Assembly: GCA_963826945.1 (NCBI GenBank)
Contig: CAWGYY010000004.1
Span: forward strand, 222,399 to 286,398
Length of the DNA stretch: 64,000 nucleotides
DNA from: an uncultured Alphaproteobacteria bacterium
GTDB lineage: Bacteria; Pseudomonadota; Alphaproteobacteria; Rhizobiales; Xanthobacteraceae
Reading direction: 5' to 3'
Shown piece by piece: positions 37,195 through 46,532 of the stretch (positions within the stretch are counted from its first letter, which is position 1; each line of letters begins with the position of its first letter). Made by a program: the position numbers and the translations under genes. Below the pieces are notes generated by a model. The model searched no databases and was not told the DNA's origin. It saw nothing but the letters and a program-made list of their open reading frames with translations.

Positions 37195-38059
37195 TCACTT
37201 GTTGTGAACCGAAGGTTGGCGGCTTCGGATCGCCGCATCTGGATTTTGAATGATACTTACTTCCGTTTGCGGTTGGGCAAGTCGCAGCTTGCTGTCCGAC
37301 GCGTATGCGAGCACTTGCGCGAGCGCGTCGCTTTGAGCTGACGGGATGTCTGCAAAGTCGGCCACGTAAAATGACACACAGTAAGACGCCGACCGGCCTC
37401 GAATTGCCTGTACGGTAACTTCTGGCAGTGGATCGCTTAGCACATGCTTTGCGTTGCAAACCGCCGAGACGAGGGCCGTCTCCGCCGTGTCTGCTGACGA
37501 GCCCGCTTCGATATCGACGTTGATGCTGCTAGGGTGGACCCTTTCGGGCAAACTGTGGTTGGTCACGCGTGACTTGGCGATCTGGCTGTTCGGAATAACC
37601 ATGGTGTCGCCGTTTCGGTCGCGAACCCGCGTCGCCCGCCAGTTGATTTCGATGACTTGCCCCTCGTTACCTCCGTCAACGCTTATCCAATCACGTCGCC
37701 AACAGTCCCTCAATCGGCTGGTGAAACGCATATTTCAGTATCCCGAAGGCCGCCGCAAGATAGATCAGGCCTGATACAAGATCGGAAATGATCTTGCGCC
37801 GCCGGGGTTGACGGTCGAACGGAAACAAAAACCGAGGTGTTACATGCCTGAGCAGGTTCGCAGCAAGCCAAGCGGCGAGATACCACCAAGCGATAATAAT
37901 GATAGCAAGGAGAATGTCGCCCGAATGAGGAGCCACGTCCTCTACTAGGCGGTGGAGATAAGTCTGCGCCAACAGAACGCCGGTGAGCACAACTAAGGCA
38001 GTCGCAGCGGCGACAAGCACGCCGCCAGCCCTCTTTTGACCAATGCGTCGGTCGTCCAT
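37195..38059 (-). pseudogene. MscS-family mechanosensitive channel with an internal out-of-frame deletion at about 37693
   Basis: The N-part ORF 37691..38059 ends ...IEGLLAT*. The C-part in ORF 37195..37731 resumes DWISVDGGNEGQVIEINWRATRVRDRNGDTMVIPNS. The roughly 30-35 aa expected between them (pore helix TM3) are missing. Confidence 0.65.
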
Positions 38060-38203
38060 GGGCGAAGATATCTCCCATCACCCAAGTTGTCGCTAACCCC
38101 CGCAGATCTTTCGCAGCAATGCCCGAAAGCGAAGATCGCCGAGAGCAGCGTCGAAGGCCGTACACAGGGGGATTCTCCAGATCCCGCTCTTAGCACATTC
38201 TCT

Positions 38204-38650
38204 TTATTTCGACTGTGGCACTTTCGGCAGAGTCGTTTCGCTCTTGACGGTTTTGAAGTTCTCACGTGCGCGAGCTATGGCGGTCTTTTGATCTTCTGCG
38301 CTCAAATCGCGAAGTGACGCGTCAGCGTTAACCGCTTTCGCTGTGGTCACGCGCGCGCGAGGCTGGCGGCACGATGGTGAGGTCGCCGGCCTGCGCCGTC
38401 GCCAGTTCTTTTTAGCGGATTGTTGTTGGCAGATTCCAAGTTCGGGACGACGATGGAGGTCGGTCAGCAGAGCGACCCGCTCGCGCCGCCTGGACGGTGC
38501 TACGGCTGCTGATGACGTCGCCGATTCCTTTTTCGTGATTTCCGCCCGAGCTCCATCGTCGCGATCGGTTGGCGCGACCGACGCCGATGTCGGCTTGGCC
38601 TGGTCGGGCGGCGGCGATGATGTCGGCGGCCGCCGGCGCGGCGCGAGCCA
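38204..38650 (-). CDS. doubtful hypothetical ORF abutting the tandem array
   Basis: Only the C-terminal approx 45 aa (VNADASLRDLSAEDQKTAIARARENFKTVKSETTLPKVPQSK) look protein-like. The upstream part is Arg/Pro-rich and may be off-frame. The track ORF extends into repeat unit 1. Confidence 0.25.
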   Translation of the reverse strand, partial: WLAPRRRPPTSSPPPDQAKPTSASVAPTDRDDGARAEITKKESATSSAAVAPSRRRERVALLTDLHRRPELGICQQQSAKKNWRRRRPATSPSCRQPRARVTTAKAVNADASLRDLSAEDQKTAIARARENFKTVKSETTLPKVPQSK

Positions 38651-38693
38651 CGGGGTCATCGGCAACAGATCGGAAATTCTACAGCACTTACGT

Positions 38694-41600
38694 CTCAATG
38701 TCGAGCTCTCTCTCCCGAATTTTGGGCTGCCGCGCTCGCGGTCTTTATCCCTTGGCGAGGGGCTGCCGGATTCGACCGGCGCTCGGGATGGCACCCGCGC
38801 TGCTGGTGTGTTGGATCGCGGGCGGCGGCGGCTTTTTTCTTTTTAGCGTTGTGGCCGTCGAGCCACCGGGTCGATCGCGGCCGGCACCTGGCGTCGTCGA
38901 CCTTCGCTGGGGTACTCAATGTCGAGCTCTCTCTCCCGAATTTTGGGCTGCCGCGCTCGCGGTCTTTATCCCTTGGCGAGGGGCTGCCGGATTCGACCGG
39001 CGCTCGGGATGGCACCCGCGCTGCTGGTGTGTTGGATCGCGGGCGGCGGCGGCTTTTTTCTTTTTAGCGTTGTGGCCGTCGAGCCACCGGGTCGATCGCG
39101 GCCGGCACCTGGCGTCGTCGACCTTCGCTGGGGTACTCAATGTCGAGCTCTCTCTCCCGAATTTTGGGCTGCCGCGCTCGCGGTCTTTATCCCTTGGCGA
39201 GGGGCTGCCGGATTCGACCGGCGCTCGGGATGGCACCCGCGCTGCTGGTGTGTTGGATCGCGGGCGGCGGCGGCTTTTTTCTTTTTAGCGTTGTGGCCGT
39301 CGAGCCACCGGGTCGATCGCGGCCGGCACCTGGCGTCGTCGACCTTCGCTGGGGTACTCAATGTCGAGCTCTCTCTCCCGAATTTTGGGCTGCCGCGCTC
39401 GCGGTCTTTATCCCTTGGCGAGGGGCTGCCGGATTCGACCGGCGCTCGGGATGGCACCCGCGCTGCTGGTGTGTTGGATCGCGGGCGGCGGCGGCTTTTT
39501 TCTTTTTAGCGTTGTGGCCGTCGAGCCACCGGGTCGATCGCGGCCGGCACCTGGCGTCGTCGACCTTCGCTGGGGTACTCAATGTCGAGCTCTCTCTCCC
39601 GAATTTTGGGCTGCCGCGCTCGCGGTCTTTATCCCTTGGCGAGGGGCTGCCGGATTCGACCGGCGCTCGGGATGGCACCCGCGCTGCTGGTGTGTTGGAT
39701 CGCGGGCGGCGGCGGCTTTTTTCTTTTTAGCGTTGTGGCCGTCGAGCCACCGGGTCGATCGCGGCCGGCACCTGGCGTCGTCGACCTTCGCTGGGGTACT
39801 CAATGTCGAGCTCTCTCTCCCGAATTTTGGGCTGCCGCGCTCGCGGTCTTTATCCCTTGGCGAGGGGCTGCCGGATTCGACCGGCGCTCGGGATGGCACC
39901 CGCGCTGCTGGTGTGTTGGATCGCGGGCGGCGGCGGCTTTTTTCTTTTTAGCGTTGTGGCCGTCGAGCCACCGGGTCGATCGCGGCCGGCACCTGGCGTC
40001 GTCGACCTTCGCTGGGGTACTCAATGTCGAGCTCTCTCTCCCGAATTTTGGGCTGCCGCGCTCGCGGTCTTTATCCCTTGGCGAGGGGCTGCCGGATTCG
40101 ACCGGCGCTCGGGATGGCACCCGCGCTGCTGGTGTGTTGGATCGCGGGCGGCGGCGGCTTTTTTCTTTTTAGCGTTGTGGCCGTCGAGCCACCGGGTCGA
40201 TCGCGGCCGGCACCTGGCGTCGTCGACCTTCGCTGGGGTACTCAATGTCGAGCTCTCTCTCCCGAATTTTGGGCTGCCGCGCTCGCGGTCTTTATCCCTT
40301 GGCGAGGGGCTGCCGGATTCGACCGGCGCTCGGGATGGCACCCGCGCTGCTGGTGTGTTGGATCGCGGGCGGCGGCGGCTTTTTTCTTTTTAGCGTTGTG
40401 GCCGTCGAGCCACCGGGTCGATCGCGGCCGGCACCTGGCGTCGTCGACCTTCGCTGGGGTACTCAATGTCGAGCTCTCTCTCCCGAATTTTGGGCTGCCG
40501 CGCTCGCGGTCTTTATCCCTTGGCGAGGGGCTGCCGGATTCGACCGGCGCTCGGGATGGCACCCGCGCTGCTGGTGTGTTGGATCGCGGGCGGCGGCGGC
40601 TTTTTTCTTTTTAGCGTTGTGGCCGTCGAGCCACCGGGTCGATCGCGGCCGGCACCTGGCGTCGTCGACCTTCGCTGGGGTACTCAATGTCGAGCTCTCT
40701 CTCCCGAATTTTGGGCTGCCGCGCTCGCGGTCTTTATCCCTTGGCGAGGGGCTGCCGGATTCGACCGGCGCTCGGGATGGCACCCGCGCTGCTGGTGTGT
40801 TGGATCGCGGGCGGCGGCGGCTTTTTTCTTTTTAGCGTTGTGGCCGTCGAGCCACCGGGTCGATCGCGGCCGGCACCTGGCGTCGTCGACCTTCGCTGGG
40901 GTACTCAATGTCGAGCTCTCTCTCCCGAATTTTGGGCTGCCGCGCTCGCGGTCTTTATCCCTTGGCGAGGGGCTGCCGGATTCGACCGGCGCTCGGGATG
41001 GCACCCGCGCTGCTGGTGTGTTGGATCGCGGGCGGCGGCGGCTTTTTTCTTTTTAGCGTTGTGGCCGTCGAGCCACCGGGTCGATCGCGGCCGGCACCTG
41101 GCGTCGTCGACCTTCGCTGGGGTACTCAATGTCGAGCTCTCTCTCCCGAATTTTGGGCTGCCGCGCTCGCGGTCTTTATCCCTTGGCGAGGGGCTGCCGG
41201 ATTCGACCGGCGCTCGGGATGGCACCCGCGCTGCTGGTGTGTTGGATCGCGGGCGGCGGCGGCTTTTTTCTTTTTAGCGTTGTGGCCGTCGAGCCACCGG
41301 GTCGATCGCGGCCGGCACCTGGCGTCGTCGACCTTCGCTGGGGTACTCAATGTCGAGCTCTCTCTCCCGAATTTTGGGCTGCCGCGCTCGCGGTCTTTAT
41401 CCCTTGGCGAGGGGCTGCCGGATTCGACCGGCGCTCGGGATGGCACCCGCGCTGCTGGTGTGTTGGATCGCGGGCGGCGGCGGCTTTTTTCTTTTTAGCG
41501 TTGTGGCCGTCGAGCCACCGGGTCGATCGCGGCCGGCACCTGGCGTCGTCGACCTTCGCTGGGGTACTCAATGTCGAGCTCTCTCTCCCGAATTTTGGGC

Positions 41601-43037
41601 TGCCGCGCTCGCGGTCTTTATCCCTTGGCGAGGGGCTGCCGGATTCGACCGGCGCTCGGGATGGCACCCGCGCTGCTGGTGTGTTGGATCGCGGGCGGCG
41701 GCGGCTTTTTTCTTTTTAGCGTTGTGGCCGTCGAGCCACCGGGTCGATCGCGGCCGGCACCTGGCGTCGTCGACCTTCGCTGGGGTACTCAATGTCGAGC
41801 TCTCTCTCCCGAATTTTGGGCTGCCGCGCTCGCGGTCTTTATCCCTTGGCGAGGGGCTGCCGGATTCGACCGGCGCTCGGGATGGCACCCGCGCTGCTGG
41901 TGTGTTGGATCGCGGGCGGCGGCGGCTTTTTTCTTTTTAGCGTTGTGGCCGTCGAGCCACCGGGTCGATCGCGGCCGGCACCTGGCGTCGTCGACCTTCG
42001 CTGGGGTACTCAATGTCGAGCTCTCTCTCCCGAATTTTGGGCTGCCGCGCTCGCGGTCTTTATCCCTTGGCGAGGGGCTGCCGGATTCGACCGGCGCTCG
42101 GGATGGCACCCGCGCTGCTGGTGTGTTGGATCGCGGGCGGCGGCGGCTTTTTTCTTTTTAGCGTTGTGGCCGTCGAGCCACCGGGTCGATCGCGGCCGGC
42201 ACCTGGCGTCGTCGACCTTCGCTGGGGTACTCAATGTCGAGCTCTCTCTCCCGAATTTTGGGCTGCCGCGCTCGCGGTCTTTATCCCTTGGCGAGGGGCT
42301 GCCGGATTCGACCGGCGCTCGGGATGGCACCCGCGCTGCTGGTGTGTTGGATCGCGGGCGGCGGCGGCTTTTTTCTTTTTAGCGTTGTGGCCGTCGAGCC
42401 ACCGGGTCGATCGCGGCCGGCACCTGGCGTCGTCGACCTTCGCTGGGGTACTCAATGTCGAGCTCTCTCTCCCGAATTTTGGGCTGCCGCGCTCGCGGTC
42501 TTTATCCCTTGGCGAGGGGCTGCCGGATTCGACCGGCGCTCGGGATGGCACCCGCGCTGCTGGTGTGTTGGATCGCGGGCGGCGGCGGCTTTTTTCTTTT
42601 TAGCGTTGTGGCCGTCGAGCTACCGGGTCGATCGCGGCCGGCACCTGGCGTCGTCGACCTTCGCTGGGGTACTCAATGTCGAGCTCTCTCTCCCGAATTT
42701 TCGGCTGCCGCGCTCGCGGTCTTTATCCCTTGGCGAGGGGCTGCCGGATTCGACCGGCGCTCGGGATGGCACCCGCGCTGCTGGTGTGTTGGATCGCGGG
42801 CGGCGGCGGCTTTTTTCTTTTTAGCGTTGTGGCCGTCGAGCTACCGGGTCGATCGCGGCCGGCACCTGGCGTCGTCGACCTTCGCTGGGGTACTCAATGT
42901 CGAGCTCTCTCTCCCGAATTTTCCGGCTGCCGCGCTCGCGGTCTTTATCCCTTGGCGAGGGGCTGCCGGATTCGACCGGCGCTCGGGATGGCACCCGCGC
43001 TGCTGGTGTGTTGGATCGCGGGCGGCGGCGGCTTTTC
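38694..43037. repeat. tandem array, 221-bp unit x approx 19.6 copies, near-identical, non-coding
   Basis: ORF-track entries recur with an exact 221-nt offset (38919, 39140 ... 42676). I read the units directly. The only variants seen are at 42621, 42702, 42842 and 42923-42924. Every frame has stops. Confidence 0.97.
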
Positions 43038-43117
43038 AATAAAGGGAAACAAGGCGATTGCTGACCAACCGCCCTTGCTCAAGCCTTTCTACAAAGAGTC
43101 ACGATTCCAACGAACGT

Positions 43118-43666
43118 CTACGCGTCAGCAATTGGATTATGCAAAGACTCAATTATTATGCAGTCAAGAAAACCGTCGAATTCCGACTTTTGACGGTCTT
43201 TCAACATGTAGCTGATCCAGCCCGCGTTTGCACCGTCGCGGACAAGAATTCTGCCGTAACCCCACTCGACCTTCGCCCAACAGTCGCGGATCAAGTTTTC
43301 GAGGGCAATAGCATCGAAGTGCGAGGGCAATTCAATTGCACAATGAATATGCCATCGACCTGTTGACGCGCCACGCTCCCATGAACGTAGTCCGCGGGCG
43401 CGGACCTCGCCTTTTTCCAGTACGGGTAATACACGAAGACGTTTGCCGTGCCGACGAAATGCAGATCCATATGCAGCTCTGTTGAGGAGGTTCATGAAGT
43501 GCCGAAAAGCGTGTCTGCACCGATAGTCGTCGGTCTTTACCCAACCGCCGCTGTCGGGCTGGTGGCCTTGCTTCAAGGTTAGCGTGACGTCGCAAAAGTC
43601 ACCCCAGCTGCTCGTATCGAACAAGTTTGATTTGGCGGATTCAAACGGATCAGATCGAACTTCCAT
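43118..43666 (-). CDS. HUH-type rolling-circle Rep-like protein (inovirus Gp2-like layout)
   Basis: 182 aa with motif I FCDVTLTLK, motif II GRWHIHCAIE (H-U-H) and motif III GWISYMLKD (Y-x-x-K) in the canonical order. Confidence 0.55.
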   Translation of the reverse strand: MEVRSDPFESAKSNLFDTSSWGDFCDVTLTLKQGHQPDSGGWVKTDDYRCRHAFRHFMNLLNRAAYGSAFRRHGKRLRVLPVLEKGEVRARGLRSWERGASTGRWHIHCAIELPSHFDAIALENLIRDCWAKVEWGYGRILVRDGANAGWISYMLKDRQKSEFDGFLDCIIIESLHNPIADA

Positions 43667-44138
43667 CGAATAGTTATTCGCATGTGTTACAGAGGTGATT
43701 TCACGAAGCTGCGAAAGCGACTTACAGCTTTCCGGAATTTATCGTCGGAGGCGGCATGCGGCCATCCATTACTCAGGGTACTGGTTCGAATTCAAGAAGC
43801 ATTAGCTCTCGCCGCGGTCTTTTTGTATTGTATAGTGAGCGCAGGGTTATGGGAATGCCCATTTTGCAACGGCGCGCCATCGAAAAAGTGCGACCGGCGT
43901 AGGTACACGCGGCGTTTCTTCGTGGAAGGCCTCACGGCAGTCGCTTGAGACCGGCGAGTTGTAGCTCTTTGCCGATCTCGCGGATCTCAAGGAGGCAAAG
44001 AGGTTGTCGGTTCGTAAAGCCGGCGGGCGACGAAGATCTCACCTCATGAAATGGACCCGCGATCGTGACGCGCTTTCGCATTCTTGGCAATTTGCAGATG
44101 TTGGATCCGATAGCGTAGTTCGAAAATGTCGAGGAACA

Positions 44139-45281
44139 CTACTCTTTTGCCTCCCGAATCATTCTCGAACCCGCCTTCCACTTCCTGGCTTTGACGCTTG
44201 CGGCCGTATTATATTCGGGCTTCTTGGTCACGTCACCGATGACAAGTACGCCTCCCTCGCGCGGAGCTTTGATCTTCGGGTGCTTGCCCCACTTTTCTGG
44301 ACGGTGCCACTCCAACCAAAACCGCATCGCCTTCATGTCCACTTTGCGAACGGTCTCTGGTATAGGGTTTCCGTTCTCATCCCTCAGGTAGGCGTCAGGG
44401 CCTTGATAACCGTGGTCCACGAGACCCTGGTCGATCTTGTAGACCACACGGCCTCGATAGCTTAGAACTTTGTCATAGCCAACAAATGCCCTTTCGAGCA
44501 TGCGGTCGAGGAGTTTTTGAACTGCCTCGTCGATCGCTAATTTGCAGAGTTCGTGAAATCTCCCCGTAATGTCTTGCCACTCGATGTCGTAACCGTCGTC
44601 GCCAGCCTCGCTGCGCCTTATCCAGTACGCAAGCGTCTTGCGGTGAATGCCCGCCTTGTTCGCTGCGTAATAATAAAAAGGGCATTCCGCGAGGGCGTCG
44701 AGGACAAGCAACATGAGCTCAGGGCAAAGCTTTGGGGTGGATCTCGCGATCCCCGCCGGCGGTTTTTGCTTCTTGAGTTGGCCCCGGCCGCTACGAACTC
44801 GTTTGCCGCCAATCGCCGCGAGTGCGGTTGTCTCTGTTTTAGGTTTCTCGGCCTCACTCGTGGCCTCCTTGCCGGCGGGCAGCGGCTCAGCTTTCGGCGT
44901 GGGCAGCGATGTCGGCTCGTGTGGAGGCGAGTGGTCTCCGGCCGGAACCTCGACCAACCCAGCGTGGTCTTCACCGTCGCCTTGCGGTTTTTCTGTCGTG
45001 AACTCGCATGCCGTTTTGAATTTGGGCGGCGCCTCGTTCTTGAGCAGCTCGATCGCGATCGGTTCAGCGTCCGTCACTTTCTCAGGCGATGCCCGGTGCG
45101 CGCGCAGCGCTGCGCCCTCCGGCGAGGTTTGGCTCACCATCGTTGTGGGGTCCCAAGTTCCTTCGCGCTTGCGGTGAAGTTCCTCGTGCTTGGCGACAAG
45201 TCGCCTCGTGGCGAGCGGCGCGGGGATGTGCTCAGTCATAGCATCCTCCTTCGATTCCTTGTCGCTCTTCTGCACGGGCAA
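44139..45281 (-). CDS. phage-derived protein with terminase-small-subunit-like C-terminal half
   Basis: 380 aa. The N-half is low-complexity and acidic/Pro-rich. The C-half reads ECPFYYYAANKAGIHRKTLAYWIRRSEAG...VDMKAMRFWLEWHRPEKWGKHPKI, an HTH plus the RKW..K.YG tail typical of small terminase / DNA-packaging proteins. Confidence 0.55.
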   Translation of the reverse strand: MPVQKSDKESKEDAMTEHIPAPLATRRLVAKHEELHRKREGTWDPTTMVSQTSPEGAALRAHRASPEKVTDAEPIAIELLKNEAPPKFKTACEFTTEKPQGDGEDHAGLVEVPAGDHSPPHEPTSLPTPKAEPLPAGKEATSEAEKPKTETTALAAIGGKRVRSGRGQLKKQKPPAGIARSTPKLCPELMLLVLDALAECPFYYYAANKAGIHRKTLAYWIRRSEAGDDGYDIEWQDITGRFHELCKLAIDEAVQKLLDRMLERAFVGYDKVLSYRGRVVYKIDQGLVDHGYQGPDAYLRDENGNPIPETVRKVDMKAMRFWLEWHRPEKWGKHPKIKAPREGGVLVIGDVTKKPEYNTAASVKARKWKAGSRMIREAKE

Positions 45282-45833
45282 GAACGACGCGTTATCCGGG
45301 GAAGTATTTCAGCGGTTCTGTTCGAGCCAGGAGAGGGCATTGCGCGCAAACGCCGATGTCGACGTCACCAGATCGGACAGCTTATTTGTTGTTAGGAAAT
45401 CCGCGTCATCGCGGAGGTTCGACCTACTGACGCACCGCGAGGGCCGTGGGATCGGTCGGCGACTTACTACGGGAGTCGACCCCTGCAGTCGGAAGGCCCA
45501 TGCCCTCCAGGACAATTGCGTCCACAAGTCGTATCCCAATTATGGTGATTTGCGCTGCCATTTTCAAGATCGCGCATCTGCCTCTATCCATCTCTATCCC
45601 ACCGTAAGAGGCCATCTCCCGCGCGGTCAGTGGTGCCGGTATTAAGCCGGACAGAGGGGATTTCAGGGAATTCAGGCCTCTATTGGGGTGCAGTACTCGC
45701 GTCGAAACAGTTTCGACCGCGAAGTTAATGCCGCGCCAGTGGCCGTGGGTTCGACGGCGGTCTTTTCAATTCCTAAGAGAGAATTTTGCCGTCTTCTCGG
45801 GGCTTGCCGTGGTCGGCGGTATCCGGTCAAGCC

Positions 45834-46532
45834 TCAGTTGCCTGGAGCTTCGTTATTTGTCGAAATTCCTGGACCGGCGGTAGGCAAACTCAGACCCACA
45901 TTGGAGAACGGCAGTAATACGTGTCTCAGTTCAATATGGATTTTATTGGCCCGTTGGTGGCCCGTCGCGAAACGCTCGATACCCGCTATTGGTTGCGCCG
46001 AAGTAGGACCGGTAATGAGGCCTAATGGGACTTTCTGCGCGGCGACTGCTGCACCTAACTGTTTCAAGGCAAAGCCCAAGTCACCATCCATTACATATCC
46101 TAACATGCAGCCAACTGGGAGACCCTCCGCGTATTGCTCGGTTAGAAACCGCATCATCCCGTCGTTGACATAGCGTGTGGCCAGAGAGGCCCTGCCGTTA
46201 TTGGTAACATTCAGGCGCTTGCACTCATATGCGAGATATCGCTCTCGCTCCTGGTCTAACAGAACCGCGAAATCTATCTTGCCCTTGCTGAACTTCGCGC
46301 CGCCCGGGTGGGTTCCAAACGGCTCATGCTGATAGATCACCAGGTGGCAAATGCGCCTGACAATGGCATCTTTGGAAAGGAGATGAACGAGGTTGATTGT
46401 GATGGTGTCTTCTTCCGGCTGGCCGGATAACAAAGCTACGCACGCTGGCCAATGATGCAGGATGCGTTGCAAGAAACGCTCGTCGACCGTGATGAAGCGA
46501 TCCTTCCAGACTTGAGGATTGCCGACGATCAA
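45834..46532 (-). CDS. putative PD-(D/E)xK restriction-endonuclease-like protein
   Basis: 232 aa. Candidate catalytic pattern GKIDFAVLLDQERERYLAYECKRL (D ... E-x-K). The TTG start overlaps the stop of the upstream methyltransferase (TTGA). Confidence 0.55.
   Translation of the reverse strand: MIVGNPQVWKDRFITVDERFLQRILHHWPACVALLSGQPEEDTITINLVHLLSKDAIVRRICHLVIYQHEPFGTHPGGAKFSKGKIDFAVLLDQERERYLAYECKRLNVTNNGRASLATRYVNDGMMRFLTEQYAEGLPVGCMLGYVMDGDLGFALKQLGAAVAAQKVPLGLITGPTSAQPIAGIERFATGHQRANKIHIELRHVLLPFSNVGLSLPTAGPGISTNNEAPGN

Noticed and set aside
38694-43037. CRISPR array
   Set aside because: The units abut directly with no unique spacers. The unit length (221 bp) is far above CRISPR repeat size, and no cas genes are present.
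38695-43042. Dozens of identical 196-aa (+) and 106-aa (-) ORFs recurring every 221 nt
   Set aside because: They are by-products of the tandem repeat. They overlap each other in different frames, have Arg/Pro/Gly-rich off-frame composition, and none can be extended through the array.
43932-44081. 49-aa minus-strand ORF (MRKRVTIAGPFHEV...EIREIGKELQLAGLKRLP) between the terminase-like and Rep-like genes
   Set aside because: It has no RBS, is very short and resembles no family I recognise. It is left unannotated.
45740-45765. tRNA-like GGGTTCGA segment as a possible att/tRNA remnant
   Set aside because: The flanks give only a 4-bp stem with a non-canonical loop. No acceptor or anticodon arms can be drawn.
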